Virus genome (UHGV): UHGV-0207529
Direction: 5' to 3' (one strand)
DNA: 39,545 bases
Source: a virus
Made by a program: the position numbers and the translations under genes. The notes beneath the pieces are model-generated. The model was not told the DNA's origin, did no database searches, and saw nothing but the letters and a program-made list of their open reading frames with translations. Shown here in pieces: positions 8,360 to 16,631 of the stretch. Numbering within the stretch: the stretch's first letter is position 1; every line of letters begins with the position of its first letter.

Positions 8360-8893
8360 TCAAAGTGGAGGCTCTGGTAGCGGCATCCAGTGAGTTACGT
8401 CATCCAAGATATTTCCTGATAAATACGTGAAAGCTCTATATTTTTTGTAATCAATTGGATTTACAACCCAGTTCCAATATGCTGCCACGATTTCACCTTG
8501 ACTAAATGCCAGTAACATTTTGGTGTCTTCCGGCATTCGATCACTACAGCTTATCCAACCATCCGGAGTTACCGGAGAGTTGCCATTTACATCGAAGTTT
8601 GGCTCTGCGTCCTGAACCAGGAGGATGTAACCATTCTTGGCAGTATCAAGTTCTAACGCCTCGGTGACGGTGCCGAAATAGCGATTACCTAAATCCGCAT
8701 CACAAGTGCTTACATCAATGGAAACCTCCATGCCTTCGATTAATTCTGGCAAGTTGTAAGTTTGGCTTACAGGTTCTGCTCCCAGCGATGCCAGTGCAAT
8801 TCGTGCCAGTTCCATTTGTTCGCCACGGGTAAGCCCGTTATCAAGCGGATTTTTAATGAATAATTCGATACGTTCTTTGGTAATAGTGGTCAT
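8360..8893 (-). CDS. Phage protein with DUF551-like C-terminal domain
   Basis: C-terminal DGWISCSDRMPED...HWMPLPEPP resembles DUF551. Confidence 0.55.
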   Translation of the reverse strand: MTTITKERIELFIKNPLDNGLTRGEQMELARIALASLGAEPVSQTYNLPELIEGMEVSIDVSTCDADLGNRYFGTVTEALELDTAKNGYILLVQDAEPNFDVNGNSPVTPDGWISCSDRMPEDTKMLLAFSQGEIVAAYWNWVVNPIDYKKYRAFTYLSGNILDDVTHWMPLPEPPL

Positions 8894-8895
8894 AG

Positions 8896-9087
8896 CTATT
8901 TCACCTTAATCTCAACATTTCGCAGCTTTAGCTCTACTGGCTGGTCTGACTTTCCGGTTAATGCTAATGCGAGATTTTCTGGGGTAATGAGAGCAGTTAT
9001 TGTTTTCCCCATTGCCAGACGAATAATTATTCGTATTTCGCGATCGTCACATGCTCCTGGTCGAACGATTGATATTTGTCCGTACAT
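8896..9087 (-). CDS. Hypothetical small protein
   Basis: Internal ATG with strong AAGGAGAG SD; adjacent to the upstream gene's stop. Confidence 0.4.
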   Translation of the reverse strand: MYGQISIVRPGACDDREIRIIIRLAMGKTITALITPENLALALTGKSDQPVELKLRNVEIKVK

Positions 9088-9088
9088 A

Positions 9089-9646
9089 TCACTCTCCTTT
9101 GATGCCAATGCCAGCGGCGCGGGAATCATCCCATCGCTTTACTTCTTCACGAATTACGTCAATGCATTCTTTCGAATCCATTAGGTAATCTTCATCAAAA
9201 AGACGTTCCTGTTCGTTTTCTATCGCAACAATGATTGCTTCAACTAACTTTTGTGCCTGAGAACCACTTTCTAACTCTGCTATGCGCTTACTCCCATCAG
9301 AGATAACACCTTCGTAATACTCACGCTGCTCGTTGAGTTTTGATTTTGCTGCTTCCAGCTCAACGCGCAACTTCCCTACCGTTAGTGCAATATCCTCGTT
9401 CTCCTGGTCGCGGGATTTGATGTATTGCTGGTTCCTTTCCCGTTCATCCAGTAGTGCCAAAGCAATCTTTGGATTAAAGGCAGCAATAAATTCAGCGTTG
9501 TTTTTCAGAACGTGTTGCGCAATGGCCTGACTACTTAGTCGGACCTCATAACCACGTGCGCCACGGTGTGGTTTATATGAGTCCCAGTCTCCCCACGTTG
9601 CCTTCTCTGCCGCCTCACGCAGTGCCTGATAGTCAATCTTGTTCAT
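9089..9646 (-). CDS. Ead/Ea22-like early protein
   Basis: Coiled-coil-rich 185-aa early-left protein; family assignment is from memory. Confidence 0.45.
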   Translation of the reverse strand: MNKIDYQALREAAEKATWGDWDSYKPHRGARGYEVRLSSQAIAQHVLKNNAEFIAAFNPKIALALLDERERNQQYIKSRDQENEDIALTVGKLRVELEAAKSKLNEQREYYEGVISDGSKRIAELESGSQAQKLVEAIIVAIENEQERLFDEDYLMDSKECIDVIREEVKRWDDSRAAGIGIKGE

Positions 9647-9647
9647 G

Positions 9648-9947
9648 TCACATCACCCTGAATCCGTTGCATTTACGTAAGAAATCGCAGATATAGCCCT
9701 TCATTTTTTCATGCCAATCTCGATCATTCCCATTGCACCAACCATCAGGTGGAGTCCAGTTTTCTATCAGAGCAGCCATTTTCTTTGCTTTCGCCGGAGT
9801 AGCTGTTGCGGTATCGCAGTAATGACGAGTGTCAACCAACGCATCCATACCATCGATATCAAGTACGCAAAACCATGTGTGATTCGGAATTCCTACAGGT
9901 GGTATTTGTTGCCCACGTCGACGTTTATCAATAAGATATACACTCAC
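9648..9947 (-). CDS. Hypothetical early protein
   Basis: GTG start with AGGAGG SD; GTGA overlap with the upstream stop. Confidence 0.45.
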   Translation of the reverse strand: MSVYLIDKRRRGQQIPPVGIPNHTWFCVLDIDGMDALVDTRHYCDTATATPAKAKKMAALIENWTPPDGWCNGNDRDWHEKMKGYICDFLRKCNGFRVM

Positions 9948-10573
9948 TGCTTGCCTCCTTTGCGAATCTGTTCCGCCCATTCTTCAAGGGATTTCTCCGC
10001 ATATTCACCGGACAGGCCATCAATCGGATGCGGTTCATTAGCCAACTCTTCTTTCGCTGACAAAATCATGCGTGTAACGTCGAAAACTTCACGCAAAGAT
10101 TTATTGATAAATCCGTGATTGAACGCAGCAGCAAGACGGCTGGCGGTATAGTTAATCCCCTCGTTGCGTGCTTCCGCACGAATTTCAGCCAGAAAAGCAT
10201 CGGTGGCTGAAATATTTCCTGTTGCCTTCATGGCCCCCAAAATAACCAGAACGCCATCTCGCCCAACCTCCTCAGCGATAACCTCGGTGTTGTCGCCAAC
10301 AACATCGCAGAATGCCTGAACTGCCTTACGAGCCAGCTCATTCTCCGCCGCAAGCGCCGAAAACTTCTCGTGTGCCAACTTAACAGCTGCATCAGCCTGC
10401 TTAATTGACTCAATCGCTCTCTGCTGGTCTTCGGACAGAGCCGAAATCTTGGCCTCCGCTTCAGCAAATTTACGCACCAGATATTCAGCGTTTGTTTCGT
10501 TAACCATTAAATCTCGTGGGATGCATTTACCTTTCAGAAAACCATCCATCTCAATTAGTGACATTTGTTTCAT
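9944..10573 (-). CDS. Hypothetical early protein (coiled-coil N-terminus)
   Basis: Internal ATG (MKQMSLIE) in track ORF 9944..10591. Confidence 0.5.
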   Translation of the reverse strand: MKQMSLIEMDGFLKGKCIPRDLMVNETNAEYLVRKFAEAEAKISALSEDQQRAIESIKQADAAVKLAHEKFSALAAENELARKAVQAFCDVVGDNTEVIAEEVGRDGVLVILGAMKATGNISATDAFLAEIRAEARNEGINYTASRLAAAFNHGFINKSLREVFDVTRMILSAKEELANEPHPIDGLSGEYAEKSLEEWAEQIRKGGKQ

Positions 10574-10744
10574 TTCTCCCCACTCCGCCACATCGCATTC
10601 AGATATTTGTTTTGATTTACTGACGGAAAAGAATTTCTCTTAAGCAATTCCTCTCTCGATGGCATTGGCTTTACGCGTTGGCGAATAATCATTTCTGCCG
10701 GAAGAATGCCGGGATTGTATGCAAGTCCTCTCATGGTAAATTCC

Positions 10745-11041
10745 TCAGTCATTACTGATAGCGCCATAGCGTGAGCGGTAATTACGCAGGCGCGGGTCGA
10801 TATATTCAGGGAAGTGGGTATATGTTGCTTTGCGGAATGGTCGGATTGATGTCTGGTAAATTCGATCGCGTTCTTGTTTCTCTGCAAGCCATATACAATG
10901 ACGAAATTCCTTTTCCTCTTTCGTTTCCTGCGGTAGCGACATTATCATGTCGTAGTTTTTTCTGAATTTATCCAGCACCTCCGATACGGAATTGCCGGAA
11001 CAGCGGCGCGGGTCATCCGCACCATACAGAGGCGCTGGCAT
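10745..11041 (-). CDS. Hypothetical early protein adjacent to the recombination module
   Basis: 98-aa ORF with AAGGA SD; sits where P22 has abc genes, but no sequence match is claimed. Confidence 0.45.
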   Translation of the reverse strand: MPAPLYGADDPRRCSGNSVSEVLDKFRKNYDMIMSLPQETKEEKEFRHCIWLAEKQERDRIYQTSIRPFRKATYTHFPEYIDPRLRNYRSRYGAISND

Positions 11042-11064
11042 AATGGAATCCTTATTTTGCTAAT

Positions 11065-11448
11065 TTAGAAGGGAATTGAATCGTCGTATTCAGGATGATT
11101 TTGATGATTACTACTTTGCTGCTGCGGGCCATTTCCTGAAGCTGCAAATCCAATCTTTGCATTCAGTAATTCAAGAGTGATTGATTGACCATTTTGCCCC
11201 TGATAAACATCAACCCTGATGTTTTCTCCGGTAATTTCCACAATGCCACCTTCAACAAGAACACTACGGTAGTAATCCGCTTGCGCTCCCGGCTTGGCAA
11301 ATACAACGGCGCTGTAGTTTGTCCATTCTTTCTTTTTTGTCTGGCGATCGTAATACTGAACGCCAGCACGGATGTTGAATCCGATATTTTCCCCGGCCTG
11401 AAACTCTCTTGCGGGCTTGTTTAGTCTTACAGTAATCGAATGTGCCAT
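11065..11448 (-). CDS. Single-stranded DNA-binding protein
   Basis: Gln/Gly-rich linker and acidic C-terminal tail ending DDSIPF, as in SSB tails; start overlaps the Erf stop (TAATG). Confidence 0.65.
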   Translation of the reverse strand: MAHSITVRLNKPAREFQAGENIGFNIRAGVQYYDRQTKKKEWTNYSAVVFAKPGAQADYYRSVLVEGGIVEITGENIRVDVYQGQNGQSITLELLNAKIGFAASGNGPQQQSSNHQNHPEYDDSIPF

Positions 11449-12053
11449 TAAGCAGCCGCTCCTTCTAATTCGTCTCGTCTGATGTTGTAAACGTCCTGCG
11501 CTTTGTGCTGCTCCGGTGTGCCTTCGAGCATCTTCCACGCTTTGGCGAACGCCTGTTTAAGCTCTTCCACGGTGTTTTTCTGCATTGCTGCGTCAGTGAA
11601 TGCTTTTAGAACCTGTTCAGGTGTAGGTGATGGTTTTGATTGCTTTGCTGCTGCGTTCTGCTGATGTTTATGCTCGTCTGTATCTGCATCTTTCGCATCA
11701 TCAATGCCGAACAAACCATTGAGGCAATACTTGCGTGCATAAGAGCTTGTAGCTCCCGTAACTTGTGCAGAATCCATTCCTTTCTTGCTTTCTTCCTCTC
11801 GTGCAAGAGCGGTTGCCGTATGACTGTTTTCGCCATCGGTAATAGTTGCCGTGGCTTTCACGTAATACCGATCACCAATCAACACAACTTCATCGCTGAT
11901 TGATAAAAACAGACCATTCAGTAACGGCTTAACGCCTTCAAGAATGTCTTCGCAGCTTCTGTATTTATATTTGCCGAATGAGTTGTACTGATTCTTTGGC
12001 GCGTTCAGATTCTCCTGAATAGCTGCCAGTCTTGCGTAAAATTCTTTGCTCAT
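11448..12053 (-). CDS. erf: Erf single-strand annealing recombinase
   Basis: MSKEFYARLAAIQENLNAPKNQYNSFGKYKYRSCEDILEG matches P22 Erf as I recall it. Confidence 0.85.
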   Translation of the reverse strand: MSKEFYARLAAIQENLNAPKNQYNSFGKYKYRSCEDILEGVKPLLNGLFLSISDEVVLIGDRYYVKATATITDGENSHTATALAREEESKKGMDSAQVTGATSSYARKYCLNGLFGIDDAKDADTDEHKHQQNAAAKQSKPSPTPEQVLKAFTDAAMQKNTVEELKQAFAKAWKMLEGTPEQHKAQDVYNIRRDELEGAAA

Positions 12054-12309
12054 ATGATTGTTCTCAGAATGGACACGGCCCAAGGAAATAACGCTGATTT
12101 AATACTTCTACTCGGGACAAATTAAGGCATACCCGCATTCCTTCGCGGTCGCCATTATGGCGATACCAGAGAGCTTTCTGCGTGTACATGCGTCTCTGTA
12201 ACTTGCTCTCCTTCACTGTGGTTGCAAGTGACATGAATATCTCCTTCGTTACCGATTAATTCTTTCATCTGACGAATGAATTCTTCGTCTGACCAGTTAT
12301 CTGTAAAAC

Positions 12310-12462
12310 TCATTTCCTGCGATACCACGGAAGGTTGATAGCTGATTTCATCGCTTTATTTGCTTCAAGCCACATTTTTGAATCACCAATAAATCTGGCT
12401 ATTACTGCTTTGTTTTGTGCCGCACGAAGCATCTGGTGATTAATGGCTATTTCATTGCGCAT
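12310..12462 (-). CDS. Kil-like small protein (about 50 aa)
   Basis: Not on the track (<60 aa). Hand translation MRNEIAINHQMLRAAQNKAVIARFIGDSKMWLEANKAM... resembles lambda Kil; GGAGG SD. Coordinates approximate. Confidence 0.4.
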   Translation of the reverse strand: MRNEIAINHQMLRAAQNKAVIARFIGDSKMWLEANKAMKSAINLPWYRRK

Positions 12463-12581
12463 AACGCCTCCAGTTGTTTCTTTGCTGCTCTGATTAATTG
12501 TTTAACTCGGCGTGATAATTCAGATTCGTGCGGGTAGAAAGCGGACATGACGCCGCTACCCGCGAGCTGAAAGTGCATCAT
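12447..12581 (-). CDS. CIII-like protein
   Basis: Internal start with AAGGAG SD; AGSGVMSAFYPHESELSRRVKQLIRAAKK parallels the lambda CIII helix region. Confidence 0.5.
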   Translation of the reverse strand: MMHFQLAGSGVMSAFYPHESELSRRVKQLIRAAKKQLEALCAMK

Positions 12582-12656
12582 GGGTAACTCCTTATATTTG
12601 ATTGCATAACGAAAACGCCTCGAGTGAAGCGTTATTGGTATGCGGTAAAGCCGCAC

Positions 12657-13025
12657 TCAGGCGGCTTTGATAGTCATATCATCTGAATCAAATATTCCTG
12701 ATGTATCGATATCGGTAATTCTTATTCCTTCACTACCATCCATTGGAGGCCATCCTTCCTGACCATTTCCATCATTCCAGTCGAACTCACACACAACACC
12801 ATATGCATTTAAGTCGCTTGAAATTGCTATAAGCAGAGCATGTTGCGCCAGCATGATTAATACAGCATTTAATACAGAACCGTGTTTATTGAGTCGGTAT
12901 TCAGAGTCTGACCAGAAATTATTAATCTGGTGAAGTTTTTCCTCTGTCATTAAGTCATGGTCGATTTCAATTTCTATTGATGCTTTCCAGTCGTAATCAA
13001 TGATGTATTTTTTGATGTCTGACAT
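12657..13025 (-). CDS. Hypothetical early-left protein
   Basis: 122-aa acidic ORF in the early-left operon. Confidence 0.5.
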   Translation of the reverse strand: MSDIKKYIIDYDWKASIEIEIDHDLMTEEKLHQINNFWSDSEYRLNKHGSVLNAVLIMLAQHALLIAISSDLNAYGVVCEFDWNDGNGQEGWPPMDGSEGIRITDIDTSGIFDSDDMTIKAA

Positions 13026-13042
13026 CTGTTCATATCCTCACA

Positions 13043-13070
13043 GAAAAAAATCGCCCTCACATTAGAGGGC
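13043..13070 (-). terminator. Rho-independent terminator (tL-like)
   Basis: Hairpin gccctc-acatta-gagggc followed by a T-run on the minus strand. Confidence 0.55.
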
Positions 13071-13206
13071 AAAGAAGATTTCCAATAATCAGAACAAGTC
13101 GGCTCCTGTTTAGTTACGAGCGACATTGCTCTGTGTATTCACTCGTTGGAATGAATACACAGAGCAGTGTTTATTCTGTTTTTTATGCCAAAAATAAAGG
13201 CCACCA

Positions 13207-13458
13207 TCAGGCAGCCTTGTTGTAAATGTTGCAGGTATCAAGTAAGTAATTAGATGGAGCGCCATAAATTATGAATTCATCGTTTGTCGTGTCCATCTCC
13301 ATCTCTTGGCCTATTGCCATTCTTGCGTCAGTGTCATCAGAGGCGAAGCATAAAACAGCCCACGCACCCATTGTTTTAAAAAGAACTGCAATTGGCTGTG
13401 GTTTTACTGAATTTGCGTTAGCGCGAAAATCATAAATCGCACTTTCATGAAATTCCAT
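13207..13458 (-). CDS. Hypothetical early-left protein
   Basis: 83-aa ORF immediately downstream of the N-like gene. Confidence 0.45.
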   Translation of the reverse strand: MEFHESAIYDFRANANSVKPQPIAVLFKTMGAWAVLCFASDDTDARMAIGQEMEMDTTNDEFIIYGAPSNYLLDTCNIYNKAA

Positions 13459-13466
13459 ATCTCACC

Positions 13467-13772
13467 TCAATCGTAATAAGCCGGAATTGATTTTCCGCGT
13501 TGCTTCTGGCGGCCTGAGCAAGTCACACCCATTTCACTGCGTGGTTTGCGGTAGTAAATACGGTTCTGTTTACGCTCGACTTCTTCTGCCTTCTTGCAGC
13601 GAAGGCTTCCGAGTGATGCTGCTTTATCTGCTCTGACGCAACCAGAGAGCTTTAGCGCAATTTTTCGCGCCAGTCGCTGTTCTTGCATTGCCTGTTCACG
13701 TTGAGCCTGTCTGCGTGCTCTGCGGCGATTTCTGGCGTTATCGTCAGCCAGATATGTAATGACTACTGTCAT
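13467..13772 (-). CDS. N-like antitermination protein
   Basis: N-terminal arginine-rich motif NARNRRRARRQAQREQA; first gene of the leftward operon after the pL/nutL region. Confidence 0.65.
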   Translation of the reverse strand: MTVVITYLADDNARNRRRARRQAQREQAMQEQRLARKIALKLSGCVRADKAASLGSLRCKKAEEVERKQNRIYYRKPRSEMGVTCSGRQKQRGKSIPAYYD

Positions 13773-13807
13773 GTTGACCTCCGATGATTGACTTTGGCGA
13801 TTGGATG

Positions 13808-13841
13808 GCCGGCGCTGAACCCCGGCTTACTGGTTAGAGCG
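13808..13841 (-). promoter_or_regulatory. Putative nutL (boxA CGCTCTAAC plus boxB hairpin)
   Basis: Minus-strand CGCTCTAAC followed 6 nt later by the GCCGG...CCGGC hairpin, upstream of the N-like gene. Confidence 0.45.
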
Positions 13842-14039
13842 CCCGCACTACCAGTGACGCTGTCTTGAGGCGCAGATTGGTTACTGCTTGCCATGAGCGC
13901 TGTTTATACATTGGTCGAGCATCAGCCTGCTCATTCATCCAATCCCAAAGCCAACTACTCTTTGGTTCCCGCATTTCGGCGGGACAATCCCATCAATGTT
14001 AAAGAGCCTGCCAATCTGTTCCGTTTGGCTTCCAGCGTC

Positions 14040-14130
14040 CTGCTGATGGCTTAAATTTAAGATCTCTTTAATTAATGGTCAAGAGTATTTTTGAAGAAAA
14101 CTTAAATTTTCTTTCGTAACTTAAGTTTGG
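14040..14130 (-). promoter_or_regulatory. pL/OL region
   Basis: Minus-strand TTGACC, 17 bp, TAAATT; operator-like sites with CTTAA/TTAAG half-sites including the palindrome CTTAAATTTAAG. Confidence 0.5.
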
Positions 14131-14150
14131 CTTTGATTTTTAAAGGAAAT

Positions 14151-14173
14151 AAAAAAAAGGGGCGAATGCCCCC
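14151..14173 (-). terminator. Rho-independent terminator after c2
   Basis: Hairpin ggggc-attc-gcccc followed by T8 on the minus strand, immediately after the repressor stop. Confidence 0.6.
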
Positions 14174-14824
14174 TTATGGAAGGTTTGCTAGTTTTGCATC
14201 GACAACTACGCCGATGATTTTGCAGTTTCCGTTGATCTCGATCATCGGATATTGTGGGTTAAGTGGTTTTAGAAACTTCCTGCCTGCATCAATAACTAAC
14301 TTCTTGAAAGTTGCCTCGTTTTCTCCTTCGAGCTTTGCAACTACCAGTTTCCCGTTACGCGGCTCTACTTCAGGATCGACGAGTATTATCATTCCTTCAG
14401 GGATACTGAGACCGGCCGGAGCCGTCATTGAGTCTCCCTTCACGTCCAACCAAAACGAATCTTCTGAACAGTCTACGGTTGTATCGTACCAGTTATCTAT
14501 TGCACGCTTATGATATGGTTCTACAGCTTCCATCCAGCATCCTGCGCTCACCCAGCTAATCAGAGGGTATGACCCTCTTGGATCATGCCTACTGTGATAG
14601 GCAATGTTTGAAAGACTTTCCTCTCCTTTCATCAGATAGTCAGGGGAACACTTCAACGCATTAGCCAGGGCGAGAAGATTCTCTCCATTTGGCTCTGTCT
14701 CAGAGCGTTCCCACTGAGATATGGCAACATTAGACACGCCGACCATCTTTCCAAGTGCGGCCTGCCTGATCTTGAGTTCTTTTCTCCGAGCGCGAATGCG
14801 CTCTCCCATCAATTGAGTTTTCAT
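14174..14824 (-). CDS. c2: C2 repressor (LexA/S24-type, P22-like)
   Basis: MKTQLMGERIRARRK...VVDAKLANLP is near-identical to P22 C2 as I recall it. Confidence 0.95.
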   Translation of the reverse strand: MKTQLMGERIRARRKELKIRQAALGKMVGVSNVAISQWERSETEPNGENLLALANALKCSPDYLMKGEESLSNIAYHSRHDPRGSYPLISWVSAGCWMEAVEPYHKRAIDNWYDTTVDCSEDSFWLDVKGDSMTAPAGLSIPEGMIILVDPEVEPRNGKLVVAKLEGENEATFKKLVIDAGRKFLKPLNPQYPMIEINGNCKIIGVVVDAKLANLP

Positions 14825-14904
14825 AGTTAAGACATCTTAAATAAACTTGACTTAAGATTCCTTTAGTGGATAATTTAAGTGTTCTTTAATTTCGGAGCGA
14901 GTCT
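14825..14904. promoter_or_regulatory. OR/pR/pRM region with three P22-type operators
   Basis: Three 18-bp sites with TTAAG/CTTAA half-sites (e.g. ATTTAAGTGTTCTTTAAT); pR -35 TTGACT and -10 GATAAT with 16-bp spacer. Confidence 0.65.
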
Positions 14905-15090
14905 ATGTACAAGAAAGATGTTATCGACCACTTCGGAACCCAGCGTGCTGTAGCTAAAGCGTTAGGCATTAGCGACGCAGCAGTCTCTCAGTGGAAGGAA
15001 GTCATCCCAGAGAAAGACGCCTATCGACTGGAAGTCGTTACAGCTGGCGCCCTGAAGTATCAAGAAAGCGCTTACCGCAAAGCGGCATAA
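14905..15090 (+). CDS. cro: Cro repressor (P22-type)
   Basis: 61 aa, divergent from c2; HTH GTQRAVAKALGISDAAVSQW. Confidence 0.9.
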   Translation: MYKKDVIDHFGTQRAVAKALGISDAAVSQWKEVIPEKDAYRLEVVTAGALKYQESAYRKAA

Positions 15091-15198
15091 GCAAATTGCT
15101 CTTTAACAGTCATGGTCCTCATTCCCGCCGAAATGCGGGAATACAACGCGCATAAGTTGATGCGCATAACTTCTTATTTGTTAAGGAAATACTTACAT

Positions 15199-15492
15199 AT
15201 GGTTCGTGCAAACAAACGCAACGAGGCTCTACGAATCGAGAGTGCGTTGCTTAACAAAATCGCAATGCTTGGAACTGAGAAGACAGCGGAAGCTGTGGGA
15301 GTTGATAAGTCGCAGATCAGCAGGTGGAAGAGGGATTGGATTCCAAAGTTCTCAATGCTGCTTGCTGTTCTTGAATGGGGCGTCGTTGACGACGATATGG
15401 CTCGATTGGCACGACAAGTTGCTTCGATTCTCACCAATAAAAAACGCCCGGCGGCAACCGAGCGTTCTAAACAAATCCAGATGGAGTTCTGA
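15199..15492 (+). CDS. cII: CII transcriptional activator (lambda-type)
   Basis: [47 protein letters not shown]... matches lambda CII; internal ATG of track ORF 15112..15492. Confidence 0.9.
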   Translation: MVRANKRNEALRIESALLNKIAMLGTEKTAEAVGVDKSQISRWKRDWIPKFSMLLAVLEWGVVDDDMARLARQVASILTNKKRPAATERSKQIQMEF

Positions 15493-15663
15493 GGTCATTA
15501 CTGGATCTATCAACAGGAGTCATTATGACAAAACAACTCAGTCCTTACCAGGACAAAATTCACAAACACATACTACGTGATCGCTTCCTGTCCAGCTTCA
15601 AGCAGCCTGGTCGATTCCGGGCTGAGTTGGAAAAAGTGAAGCTGATGCAGAAGGAGAAAGGTC

Positions 15664-16524
15664 ATGAGTAATCTTGCAACCGTAACACATTTAAGGCCTT
15701 CACAACGGCCTGTGGAGCGTCGTGTGGCAGAAGTTGAAGATGGTTATACCCGTCTTGCAAATGCCCTGTATGAAGAGCTTATCGGCGCAGATTTAACGAA
15801 AAATCAGAGCAAGGTTGCCCACGCCATATGCCGTAAAACATACGGCTACGGTAAAAAGATGGATCGCATCTCTGATAGTCAGTTAGCTCAAATTACCAGG
15901 CTGCCAAGACAGAAGGCAAACAAGGCCAAGAATGAGCTTATCGCGATGAAGGTTATCCTTCGCGAAGGTCAGCAAATCGGGCCTAACAAGAACATCGAGG
16001 AATGGCAAATAGAAGGGTGTCACTACTCTGGTGATAATGTCACTGCATTGGTGACAAAAAGTGTCACCAAAACGGTGACAGCGCTGTCACCAAAACAGGG
16101 ACACACAAAAGAAACTATTACAAAAGAAAAAAGAAATAATAAAAACACTATGTCCGAAAGTGTTCGGACGGAGTGTGAAAAATCATCTGACCGTCACGAA
16201 GAAACCGACAAGGCATTCGAGGAAATATTCTGGTGTGCAGGCATGCGGAAAGCCGGGAAGAAAAACGCGGCTTCGGCATTCAGAACACAGTTCAGGGAAT
16301 GGCGTAAAACTACCAGGGGTACGGCAAGCGAGTTTGCCACGATGCTGGCAGAAGACATCGCATGCAGGAATGGTAAGCAGTTCGGATTCGACAGGTTGTT
16401 ACCATCGAGCTACCTGAACGGTCAACGCTGGAACGACGAGAAGCCAGAAACTATTCAACCACAATCCAAACCATCATCCGCAATCACCGTATCGAAAACT
16501 GGCTACGTGTTTTTCGACAGGTGA
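15664..16524 (+). CDS. Replication initiator, lambda O-like
   Basis: N-terminal O-like domain ([14 protein letters not shown]...DLTKNQSKV...[17 protein letters not shown]); contains ori iterons. Confidence 0.8.
   Translation: MSNLATVTHLRPSQRPVERRVAEVEDGYTRLANALYEELIGADLTKNQSKVAHAICRKTYGYGKKMDRISDSQLAQITRLPRQKANKAKNELIAMKVILREGQQIGPNKNIEEWQIEGCHYSGDNVTALVTKSVTKTVTALSPKQGHTKETITKEKRNNKNTMSESVRTECEKSSDRHEETDKAFEEIFWCAGMRKAGKKNAASAFRTQFREWRKTTRGTASEFATMLAEDIACRNGKQFGFDRLLPSSYLNGQRWNDEKPETIQPQSKPSSAITVSKTGYVFFDR
16039..16150. repeat. Origin of replication: three about 19-bp iterons plus AT-rich tract inside the O-like gene
   Basis: Tandem tgtcac...gtgaca dyad-containing repeats (TGTCACCAAAACGGTGACA type) followed by an A/T-rich stretch. 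Confidence 0.6.
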
Positions 16525-16631
16525 ACCATGAAATCAAAAATCAAATCGCTACTGGTCGCTGGTTATAACCACGGCTGGTTAAGTATTTCGTTTGTCGATT
16601 TCTGGTTTAAAAATCTCAATCTGAGGGAATC

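Noticed and set aside
16039-16105. Tandem dyad repeats considered as a possible CRISPR-like array
   Set aside because: Only three closely spaced repeats without unique spacers, located inside the initiator gene; they are ori iterons.
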